Assembly: GCA_005884155.1 (NCBI GenBank) | Contig: VAXD01000042.1 | Span: 42,060-86,782, forward strand | Reading direction: 5' to 3' | DNA: 44,723 nucleotides | Origin: Actinomycetota bacterium | Lineage (GTDB): Bacteria; Actinomycetota; Thermoleophilia; Gaiellales; Gaiellaceae | Shown here: piece by piece, positions 1-7,937 of the stretch | How positions within the stretch are numbered: the stretch's first letter is position 1 | Layout: every line of letters starts with the position of its first letter | The notes under the pieces: generated by a model | Told to the model about the DNA's origin: nothing | The model's database searches: none | What the model saw: the letters and a program-made list of their open reading frames with translations, nothing else | Made by a program: the position numbers and the translations under genes

Positions 1-181
1 ACGGGTTGTAGCCGGAGAGCGCGAGGATGATCCCGCCGATCACGAACGCCATCAGCGCCGTGATCACGGGGACGATCAGCCCGCCGGCGCGCTGCATCAG
101 GTCGTAGCGGGCGGCGATCGTCTCAGGCGGAGCCGCGTCCTCGGGCTCGGGGGCGCTCTCCGGAGCTATCGGCTCGCTCAC
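1..181 (-). CDS. ABC transporter permease, N-terminal fragment (gene continues beyond window start)
   Basis: Hand-translated, not in the ORF track. Minus-strand GTG at 181-179 overlaps the ATPase stop (GTGA). Product VSEPIAPESAPEPEDAAPPETIAARYDLMQRAGGLIVPVITALMAFVIGGIILALSGYNP runs into a hydrophobic TM segment. The position after the binding protein and ATPase genes fits a permease. Confidence 0.5.
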   Translation of the reverse strand, partial: MSEPIAPESAPEPEDAAPPETIAARYDLMQRAGGLIVPVITALMAFVIGGIILALSGYNP

Positions 182-1710
182 GCCACCGCCTCCTGGCGCT
201 TCGCGCCGAGCATCTCGAGGCCGATCTCCTCCTCGCTCGCTCCGGACGCATGCTCGGCGACGATCTGCCCCTCGTAGATCACGAGGATGCGGTCCGAGAG
301 CGCGAGCACCTCCTCGAGCTCGAGCGAGACGAGCAAGATTGCCCGCCCCTCGTCGCGTTCTTCGACGAGACGGCGGTGCATGTACTCGATCGCTCCGACG
401 TCCAGACCGCGGGTCGGCTGGGCCGCGATCAGGACCTTCGGATCGCGGTCGACCTCCCGCCCGACGACGAGCTTTTGCTGGTTGCCGCCGGAGAGGGCGC
501 CTGCGCGTGTGTACGGGCCGCCGCCGCGGACGTCGAACTCCTTGATCAGCTTCCGCGCGTGCTCGACGAGCCGCTGCGGGAAGAGCCAGCCCCACTTCGA
601 GTCGGGCTCCTTGTTGTAGTCGTGCAGCGCGACGTTCTCCGCGATGGGGAACTCGAGCACGAGCCCGCGGCGCTGGCGGTCCTCAGGGACATGCCCCACG
701 CCCGCGTCCAACATCTCCCGCGGGCTGGCGTGGACGAGCACCCGGCCGGCCACCTTCACCGTCCCCGAGTGCGCGCGGCGCAGCCCAGTGATCGCCTCGA
801 TCAGCTCGCTCTGGCCGTTGCCGTCCACACCGGCGATGCCGACGATCTCCCCCGCGCGCACGTGGAACGAGACATCCCTGACAGCCGGGAGGTCGCGGTC
901 GTCACGCACCTCCAGGCCCTCGACCTCGAGCAGCCGCTCGCCGGGTGTGGCGGGTGGCCGCTCGACCCGCAGCAGCACCTCGCGGCCGACCATGGCCCGG
1001 GCTAGCCCCTCTTCGGTCGCGCCCTCGCGCGGCACCGTGTCGATCTTCTTTCCGCGCCGGACGACAGTGATCCGGTCGGCGATCTCGAGCACCTCGTTCA
1101 GCTTGTGGCTGATGAAGATCACCGACATCCCTTCTCGCACGAGCGTCCGCAGGATCCCGAACAGCTCGGTCGCCTCGGGCGGAGTCAGCACGGCGGTCGG
1201 CTCGTCGAGGATGAGGATGTCCGCCCGCCGGTAGAGCGCCTTCAGGATCTCGACGCGCTGCTGCTGCCCGACGGTGATCTCCTCGACGCGCGCGTCCGGG
1301 TCAATCGCGAACCGGAATGTCTCCGAGAGGTGGCGGACGCGCTCGCGCGCGGCGTCGTAGTCCAGCAGCACCCCCGCGCGCGTCGGCTCTTGCGCGAGGA
1401 CGATGTTCTCGGCGACGGTCATGACCGGGATGAGCATGAAGTGCTGGTGCACCATCCCGATCCCGGCGTCGATCGCGTCCTTGGCCGAGTTGAACGTGAC
1501 AGGTTTGCCGCCGATCCGGATCTCGCCCTCGTCGGCGCTGTAGAGCCCGTAGAGGATGTTCATCAGCGTCGACTTGCCGGCGCCGTTCTCACCCAGGAGC
1601 GCGTGCACCTCGTTGCGGCGAAGGTCGAAGTCGACGTGGTCGTTTGCGAGGACTCCGGGGAAGCGCTTGGTGATGCCGCGCAGCTCCAGGATCGGCGTCG
1701 ACGCCTCCAC
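178..1710 (-). CDS. ABC transporter ATP-binding protein with duplicated ATPase domains (BMP/nucleoside- or sugar-type importer)
   Basis: ORF 178..1755. It has Walker A GENGAGKST, a second nucleotide-binding domain (GVDGNGQSE) and the signature LSGGNQQK. Start trimmed to GTG 1710 because the first 15 codons of the long ORF coincide with a stem-loop (1724-1757). GTG 1755 is the alternative start. Confidence 0.9.
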   Translation of the reverse strand: MEASTPILELRGITKRFPGVLANDHVDFDLRRNEVHALLGENGAGKSTLMNILYGLYSADEGEIRIGGKPVTFNSAKDAIDAGIGMVHQHFMLIPVMTVAENIVLAQEPTRAGVLLDYDAARERVRHLSETFRFAIDPDARVEEITVGQQQRVEILKALYRRADILILDEPTAVLTPPEATELFGILRTLVREGMSVIFISHKLNEVLEIADRITVVRRGKKIDTVPREGATEEGLARAMVGREVLLRVERPPATPGERLLEVEGLEVRDDRDLPAVRDVSFHVRAGEIVGIAGVDGNGQSELIEAITGLRRAHSGTVKVAGRVLVHASPREMLDAGVGHVPEDRQRRGLVLEFPIAENVALHDYNKEPDSKWGWLFPQRLVEHARKLIKEFDVRGGGPYTRAGALSGGNQQKLVVGREVDRDPKVLIAAQPTRGLDVGAIEYMHRRLVEERDEGRAILLVSLELEEVLALSDRILVIYEGQIVAEHASGASEEEIGLEMLGAKRQEAVA

Positions 1711-1723
1711 TGGGGCGATTCTA

Positions 1724-1757
1724 GAGTGAGGGGCGAGCGCAGGCCCGCCCCTCACTC
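1724..1757 (-). promoter_or_regulatory. Intercistronic stem-loop between the binding-protein gene and the ATPase gene
   Basis: 12-bp perfect arms gagtgaggggcg (1724-1735) and cgcccctcactc (1746-1757) with a 10-nt loop. It is flanked by the direct repeat ttctagag (1719-1726 and 1763-1770); the second copy contains the BMP gene stop codon. Confidence 0.6.
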
Positions 1758-1764
1758 GCAGCTT

Positions 1765-2838
1765 CTAGAGAGCCGACGGGACCTTCAGCCGGCCGGAGAT
1801 GATCTGCCGTTTGTACTTGTTCATCTCGTCGATGAACGACTGCGGCACGGCCGGGTTGATCTTTCCCACGCTCATGCCGTCGTTCTTCAAGTTGAAGAGC
1901 AGGTCCGAGCCGCCCTTGAACTTGCCGTCCTGCACCTGCTTGATCGCGTCGTAGACGCCGATGTCAACGCGTTTGACGCCGCTCGTCAGGACCCGCTTGG
2001 CGTCGTTGTACTGGTCCTGGTCGACGCCGATGCCCCAGATGCCTGCGTCGTCGGCCGCCTTCAGCGTGCCCAGGCCGCAAAGTCCGGCGACCTGGAAGAG
2101 CACTTGCGCGCCTTGCCCGATCAGGTTCTGGGCCTGCGTTTTGCACTTGTCGGCCGCGACGAAGTCCTGCGAGTAGTTGATCAGGACCTTCGTTCCGGGC
2201 ACTGCCTTCTGCGCGCAGTAACGGTAACCGGCGATCCAGATGTCGACGGGCGGGATCTTGATCCCTCCGACGGCACCGATGATCTTCTTGCCCATCTTCT
2301 CCGCCATCTTCGCGGCGAGCACGCCGACCAGGCAGCCCGACTCGTTCGCGGCGTAGGTCAGGCCTTCGACGTTCTGGAAGAGCGGGTTCCCCGACTTGTC
2401 CGCGAACGGCGCGGCTTCCACGGGATAGTCGGTGATCGCGAAGTGCTTGTTCGGGTACTTCTTCGCGACGGTTGCCGTCGCCGGAGCGAGCAGGAAGCCG
2501 GCCGAGATGATGAGGTCGGCCTTGCGCCTGATCGCCGACGTCAGGTTCGGCAGGTAGTCGCTCGCCGAGTTCGACTGCAGCGGAATGGCCGTGATGTTGA
2601 GGTCCGTCTTGGCCTTGTTCAGGCCGTTCAGCTGCGACTCGTTGAACGACTTGTCGTTGAAGTGCCCCACGTCGCTGACGAGCGCCGCCGTGATGGGATT
2701 CCCCGAGCTCGTCGTCGTTTTGCCGCCTCCGCCTGCTTTTTCTGCTTTTTTGCTGTTGCCGCCACAGCCCGCTGCGACCAGCGCAAGCACAAGTGCCAGC
2801 GCCGCTCCCAGGAGCGACAGCCAATACGTTCGTCTCAC
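1765..2838 (-). CDS. BMP family (PnrA/Med-like) ABC substrate-binding lipoprotein
   Basis: 357 aa. Signal peptide plus lipobox LVAAGCGG, then overall BMP-family appearance (AGFLLAP, GIGVDQDQ). It lies immediately upstream of the ABC ATPase and permease. Confidence 0.85.
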   Translation of the reverse strand: MRRTYWLSLLGAALALVLALVAAGCGGNSKKAEKAGGGGKTTTSSGNPITAALVSDVGHFNDKSFNESQLNGLNKAKTDLNITAIPLQSNSASDYLPNLTSAIRRKADLIISAGFLLAPATATVAKKYPNKHFAITDYPVEAAPFADKSGNPLFQNVEGLTYAANESGCLVGVLAAKMAEKMGKKIIGAVGGIKIPPVDIWIAGYRYCAQKAVPGTKVLINYSQDFVAADKCKTQAQNLIGQGAQVLFQVAGLCGLGTLKAADDAGIWGIGVDQDQYNDAKRVLTSGVKRVDIGVYDAIKQVQDGKFKGGSDLLFNLKNDGMSVGKINPAVPQSFIDEMNKYKRQIISGRLKVPSAL

Positions 2839-2902
2839 AACGCCTCCTCCGATGCCCGACAGGTTCGGGTGCTGCTAACCCGCTCGGCCGGCGGAGGTGG
2901 AA

Positions 2903-5140
2903 TCAGGAGGCGAGGACGCGCTCGAGCTCGGACTCGCCGACGAGCACGCGCCGCGGCTTCGAGCCCTCGTAGCCGGAGACGATCCCGCGGCGCTCGAGCA
3001 TGTCGATCAGGCGGCCCGCCCGCGTGTAGCCGACGCGCAGGCGGCGCTGGATCAGGGAGACGGACGCGGTCTGGGTCTGGACGACGACCTCGATCGCCTT
3101 GTCGAGCAGCGGGTCCTCATCGGGGTCGAACTCGCCGTCCTCGACCTCGACGCCGCTCTCGGGCTCGGGCGGCTCGAGCAGGCTCTCGTCGAGCTGCTGC
3201 TCGCGCTGGCCGCGGCACTGCTCGACGATCAGCGCGATCTCCTCCTCGCTCACGTACGCGCCCTGAACACGCTGCAGACGGGAGGTGCCGAGCGGCTTGA
3301 AGAGCATGTCGCGCTGGCCGAGCAGGCTCTCGGCGCCGGCCTGATCGAGGATCACGCGCGAGTCGGTCTGGCTCGAGACGGCAAAGGCGATCCGGCTGGG
3401 GACGTTCGCCTTGATCATCCCGGTGATCACGTCGACCGACGGGCGTTGGGTCGCGAGCACGAGGTGAATGCCGACGGCGCGGGACTTCTGCGCGAGGCGG
3501 ATGACGCAGTCCTCGACTTCCTGCGGCGAGATCATCATCAGGTCGGCGAGCTCGTCGATCACGACCAGGAGGTACGGGAGCTGCTGCTCACCGCGCGAGC
3601 GCAGGGCGCGGTTCGCCTCGGGCAGGTTGCGCGCGCGTACCTTGGAGAGCTGCTCGTAGCGGCGCTCCATCTCCGCGACGACGTTGCGCAGGACGGCGGC
3701 CGCCTCCTTCGGGCTCGAGACGACCGGTGTGAGCAGGTGCGGGATCGACTCGTAGTAGCCGAGCTCGATCCGCTTCGGGTCGATCAGGATCATGCGCACG
3801 TCGTCCGGGCTCGAGCGGAGCAGCACCGAGGTCAGCATCGTGTTGATGCAGCCCGACTTGCCCGAGCCGGTGGTTCCGGCGATCAGGATGTGCGGCATGC
3901 GCGCGAGGTCGGTCCAGACCGCCTGCCCGGAGATGTCCTTGCCGAGCCAGACTGAGAGCGGGCTCGAGCTCTGCGGCAGGTCCTCGAAGATGTCGCCGAG
4001 CGTGACGAGGTTCGGGCTCTGGTTCGGCAGCTCGACGCCGACCGCCTGCTTGCCGGGGATCGGGGCGAGGATGCGAATCTCCGTGGTGGCGAGCGCGTAC
4101 GAGAGGTCGTCCTTGAGCGCGGCAACCTTCGCCACCTTCGTTCCGGGCGCGAGCTGCAGCTCGTAGCGGGTCACCCTCGGGCCGGAGATGCGGCCGACGA
4201 CGGTGGCTTCGACCCCGAAGTTTCCGAGCGTCTGGACGAGTGCGTCGGCGACGCGCGCGCTCTGGTCGGAGTTACCGTTGCCGCCCGGCGGCGACTTCCG
4301 CAAGAGAGCGCGATCGGGTAGTTGGTAGTCGGCCGCGGGCTGCGGTGCCGCGTCGAAGAGGCTCGTCTCGTCAGGCTCCGGCTCGGGCTCCGGCTCGACC
4401 AGGAGCGGCTGCGGCTCGGTTTCGGCGACGAGCTCGGGGTACTCGTCGACGACGTCGATCGGCGGGCGCAGCGGCTTGGGTGCGGCGTCGCCGTCGATCA
4501 CGCGCAGCGCGGGCACGGGCCGCTGCAAGGAACGGCGCGCGGCCTGATGGACGGCGCGGCCGGAGGAGCGCAGGATCGCGCCCGCGGAGGCGCCGGTCAG
4601 CAGGAGGGCGCCGATCAGCAGCGCGAGCACGCCGACGATCGCGACGCCGGTGCCGCCGAGGGCGAGCCCGAGCCCGCCTCCGATCACGGTGCCCGCGTAC
4701 CCGCCGTCCGACTTGCCGAGCGTCAGCATCAAGCCGAGGAAAAGGACGACCATGCCGGTGCGGAACGGCCGCACGTCGACGAGGTCGCTGCGCGCGACCA
4801 TCAAGAGGCCGACGATCGCGAGCGCGGCCGGTAGCCCGAGCGCAGCCTGTCCGATCAGCGCGTCGAGACCGTCGGCGATCCAGGCGCCGACGTAGCCGCC
4901 GTTCCAGCCCGCCCAAAGGACGGCGCCGAGGAAGATCCCGACCGCAAGCAGGCCGAGGCCGACCAGCTCGGGGTGCTGGTGGCCGCGCGGCTTCTTCGCC
5001 CGCTTCGAGCGCCTGACGCGCCTGGGCATGCGCGGCTTGAGCGTGCGTCTCTTGCGACGTCGCGCCATGCGCGCCTGCTTCGACGCTGTAGGAGCGTTCC
5101 CTCTAGCGGCGGCGCTGCTTCTGGAGCTTGGCCGCCGCAC
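2903..5140 (-). CDS. ftsK: DNA translocase FtsK/SpoIIIE
   Basis: 745 aa. Arg/Lys-rich N-terminus, about 4 TM helices, a Pro/Glu-rich linker, a motor domain with Walker A GTTGSGKSGCIN, and a C-terminal winged-helix gamma domain (SVSLIQRRLRVGYTRAGRLID). The true start may be ATG 5068, which would remove the overlap with the upstream ORF. Confidence 0.93.
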   Translation of the reverse strand: MRRPSSRSSAAARGNAPTASKQARMARRRKRRTLKPRMPRRVRRSKRAKKPRGHQHPELVGLGLLAVGIFLGAVLWAGWNGGYVGAWIADGLDALIGQAALGLPAALAIVGLLMVARSDLVDVRPFRTGMVVLFLGLMLTLGKSDGGYAGTVIGGGLGLALGGTGVAIVGVLALLIGALLLTGASAGAILRSSGRAVHQAARRSLQRPVPALRVIDGDAAPKPLRPPIDVVDEYPELVAETEPQPLLVEPEPEPEPDETSLFDAAPQPAADYQLPDRALLRKSPPGGNGNSDQSARVADALVQTLGNFGVEATVVGRISGPRVTRYELQLAPGTKVAKVAALKDDLSYALATTEIRILAPIPGKQAVGVELPNQSPNLVTLGDIFEDLPQSSSPLSVWLGKDISGQAVWTDLARMPHILIAGTTGSGKSGCINTMLTSVLLRSSPDDVRMILIDPKRIELGYYESIPHLLTPVVSSPKEAAAVLRNVVAEMERRYEQLSKVRARNLPEANRALRSRGEQQLPYLLVVIDELADLMMISPQEVEDCVIRLAQKSRAVGIHLVLATQRPSVDVITGMIKANVPSRIAFAVSSQTDSRVILDQAGAESLLGQRDMLFKPLGTSRLQRVQGAYVSEEEIALIVEQCRGQREQQLDESLLEPPEPESGVEVEDGEFDPDEDPLLDKAIEVVVQTQTASVSLIQRRLRVGYTRAGRLIDMLERRGIVSGYEGSKPRRVLVGESELERVLAS

Positions 5141-5507
5141 GGCGCTGGGCGCGGTTCATCGGCTCGGGTGCGGCGCCTTGTTCCGTCGCGGCGTCGAGGT
5201 AGGCCTGCCGTTCGGCCGGGCTCAGGCGGGAGAGCGCCTGCTGAGCCTTCATCGGGTCACGCGTCGCCCCGGAGCGCTCCAGCTTGGCGACCGCGCTCGC
5301 GAGCTCCGGGTTCTGGCGCTCGAGCGTTGCCCGCGAGGCTTTCTTCAGCTGCGTGCCGACCCACGGGATCTTCATCAGCGTGTTCGCGATCGGACGGACG
5401 TAACGCCCGCCCTTCACCCGCGCGAGCAGGTTGAGCGCGATCAGCAGGAGTGCGATCCCGGCGAGGACGAAGAGCGGGATCAGGAAGATCGGAATCGCGA
5501 GCGGCAT
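5103..5507 (-). CDS. Hypothetical small membrane-anchored protein
   Basis: 134 aa. One N-terminal TM helix (IPIFLIPLFVLAGIALLLIALNLL) followed by a basic helical tail. No family recognised. Coding is supported only by ORF length, position and hydrophobicity. Confidence 0.5.
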   Translation of the reverse strand: MPLAIPIFLIPLFVLAGIALLLIALNLLARVKGGRYVRPIANTLMKIPWVGTQLKKASRATLERQNPELASAVAKLERSGATRDPMKAQQALSRLSPAERQAYLDAATEQGAAPEPMNRAQRRAAAKLQKQRRR

Positions 5508-5522
5508 GCGGCGGTAGGTTAG

Positions 5523-6074
5523 CTACGCAGCCAGCGCGCGCAGGTCGTCCACGGCGCGGCCGAGCAGGTTCTCGCGCAGGTCGAACAGGCCCGCCCAGAG
5601 GGACGAGCGGTCAGGGACGGAGCGGATGCGCGCGGCGTCGCCGAGCCCCGCCAGCGCGCGCAGGAAGACGGCGAGCTCAAGGTACGCCTGCGTCACGCGC
5701 AGGGGCGAGACGCGCACCCCGGCCCGGTCGAGGACGGGCGTCCACTCGAGCAGCTCGGCGGCGCCGGGAGCGCCGTACCAGGAGCGGCCCTCGGCGCGCT
5801 CGGGCTCGAGCTCCAGCAGGTAGCGCCCGAGCGGGGCTTCCAACCCGACGAGCGCGGTCTCGGTGCGGTCGGCGGCGCGGCGCAGCGCGGCCTGGCGCCC
5901 GCCCGGCGTCGAAGGCGCCGCGTCACCGCGGGCCCAGCGCTCGAGCAATCGGCAGAACGCCAGCGCCGAGACCTCGCAGGCGCGCAGCTGGCGCACGAGC
6001 CGCTCGGCGGTCTCGACCTCGGGCGCGCAGTCGACCAGCACGTCGGCCCACGTCCGGTCCACTCGGACGCTCAC
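5523..6074 (-). CDS. Hypothetical protein, apparently all-helical
   Basis: 183 aa. GTG start preceded by GAGGAG at 5-nt spacing. No motif recognised. Confidence 0.5.
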   Translation of the reverse strand: MSVRVDRTWADVLVDCAPEVETAERLVRQLRACEVSALAFCRLLERWARGDAAPSTPGGRQAALRRAADRTETALVGLEAPLGRYLLELEPERAEGRSWYGAPGAAELLEWTPVLDRAGVRVSPLRVTQAYLELAVFLRALAGLGDAARIRSVPDRSSLWAGLFDLRENLLGRAVDDLRALAA

Positions 6075-6225
6075 TCGTGCTCCTCAGTCGTCGCTGACGG
6101 TGCGGTGCCGGAGGGGACAGTGCTTCTAGCACGGCCCCGGAGAGCACCGTGCCGGCAGCGGCGGCAGGCACCGGCGGAGCCGGGCTTCGCCCGGGTCGGT
6201 CGGCGCCGGTGAGGAGCGCGAGGGC

Positions 6226-7887
6226 TCAAACCTCGACCACCACGGGGAGAATCATCGGCCGGCGGCCCGTCCGGTCGTAGACCAATTGGCCGAGCCCGTC
6301 GTGCAGGTGCTCCTGCAGCAGCTTGATCTCTGTCACGTCGTCCTCGAGCAGCTCGGCGAGCACGCGGTGCGCCTCCTCCCGCATCTCGACGACCAGCTCC
6401 TCCCCGGGCTCGCCGAACCCGCGTGCGATCAGCTCCGGCTGTCCCGCGACGCCTCCGTTCGAGCCCGCGAGGGTCGCAACGATGATCAGAACGCCGTCCT
6501 CGGAGAGGTGGCGCCGGTCGCGCAGCGCGACGTCGTGCACATCCCCCACTCCGAGCCCGTCGACGAAGGTGACGCCGGCCTCGATCCGGTCGACGATTCG
6601 CGGCACGCCGTCCGCGAGCTCGACCACCGAGCCGTTCTCCGCGAGCACGATCCGGTCCTCCGGCACGCCGCCCTCGCGGGCCAGGCGCGCGTGCGCCGCG
6701 AGCATCCGGAACTCGCCGTGCACAGGCATCACCGACTTCGGCCGGACGAGCCCGAGCATCGTGCGCAGCTCCTCGGCCTTCCCGTGGCCGGAGACGTGGA
6801 CGGGCGCGATCTCCTCGTGCAGGACCTCGGCGCCGCAGCGGGCGAGTTGGTTGATCGCGTCGTGGACGCGCAGCTCGTTCCCGGGAACCGGCTTGGCCGA
6901 GATGATCACCGTGTCGCCCGCCTCGACCTTCACCGCCGGATGGTCGCCGTACGCGATCCGGACGAGCGCCGAGAGCGGCTCGCCCTGGCTGCCGGTGCAA
7001 AGGATCAGGACGTCGCCGGGCGCGTAGTCGTCGAGCTCGTTCGGCCGGATCAGGGCCTCGTCGGGGACGTCGATGTAGCCGAGGTTGCGGGCGATGTTGA
7101 TGTTCTTGCGCATCGAGCGGCCGACGACGCAGACCTTCCGGCCGACGTCGACCGCCACGTCGATCGCCTGCTGCATCCGGTGGACGTTCGAGGCGAACGA
7201 CGCGACGAGCACGCGGCCCGTGAGCACCGGGATGATCTGGCGGAACGCCTCGCCGACGAGCCGCTCCGAGCCGGTCATGCCCGGGCGCTCGGCGTTGGTG
7301 GAGTCGCCGAGCAGCAGGTCGACCCCGCGCGTGCCGAGCTCGGCCAGCCGGCCGACGTCGGTGCGCAACCCGTCCACGGGCGTGTGGTCGAGCTTGTAGT
7401 CGCCGGTGTGGAGGATGCGGCCGCCCGGCGTCTCGAGCACGATCGCGACCGCGTCTGGAATCGAGTGCGCGACGCGTATGAACTCGACCCGGAACGGCCC
7501 GAGCTCCACCTGGCCGCCTTCCGGATCGGCCTCGCGCAGCTCCACCGAGCGCAACAGGCCGTGCTCGTCGAGCTTCGACTTGACGAGCCCGAGCGTGAGC
7601 TTCGTCGCCCAGACCTCCTGCACGCGCGCCTGGCGCAGAACGTACGGCAGCGCGCCGACGTGATCCTCATGGCCGTGCGTGAGCAGGATCGCCCGCACGG
7701 GGCGCTCGAGATCGGTCAGGTACGAGAAGTCGGGCAGGATCAGATCGACGCCGAGGTGCTCGTCGCGCGGGAACGCGAGGCCCGCGTCGACGACGACGAC
7801 CTCGCCGTCGGCCTCGAAGACGGTCATGTTCTTGCCGACCTCGCCGAGGCCGCCAAGCGGGATGATCCTGGTGGTTCCGGGCACCAA
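6226..7887 (-). CDS. rnj: Ribonuclease J
   Basis: 553 aa. Metallo-beta-lactamase motif HGHEDHVGALP, beta-CASP architecture and a typical RNase J N-terminus (IIPLGGLGEVGKNM). Confidence 0.93.
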   Translation of the reverse strand: MVPGTTRIIPLGGLGEVGKNMTVFEADGEVVVVDAGLAFPRDEHLGVDLILPDFSYLTDLERPVRAILLTHGHEDHVGALPYVLRQARVQEVWATKLTLGLVKSKLDEHGLLRSVELREADPEGGQVELGPFRVEFIRVAHSIPDAVAIVLETPGGRILHTGDYKLDHTPVDGLRTDVGRLAELGTRGVDLLLGDSTNAERPGMTGSERLVGEAFRQIIPVLTGRVLVASFASNVHRMQQAIDVAVDVGRKVCVVGRSMRKNINIARNLGYIDVPDEALIRPNELDDYAPGDVLILCTGSQGEPLSALVRIAYGDHPAVKVEAGDTVIISAKPVPGNELRVHDAINQLARCGAEVLHEEIAPVHVSGHGKAEELRTMLGLVRPKSVMPVHGEFRMLAAHARLAREGGVPEDRIVLAENGSVVELADGVPRIVDRIEAGVTFVDGLGVGDVHDVALRDRRHLSEDGVLIIVATLAGSNGGVAGQPELIARGFGEPGEELVVEMREEAHRVLAELLEDDVTEIKLLQEHLHDGLGQLVYDRTGRRPMILPVVVEV

Positions 7888-7937
7888 CGCAGTCTAGAGC
7901 GCTAAGGCGGCGTGCTGGGCCGCCCGATACAGCTTCG

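Noticed and set aside
1105-3300. 731-aa plus-strand ORF spanning the ABC ATPase, BMP lipoprotein and ftsK 3' regions
   Set aside because: It is antisense to three well-supported genes. The product is Arg/Asp/Leu/Pro-rich low-complexity sequence with no motif. Stop-poor antisense frames like this are typical of very GC-rich DNA.
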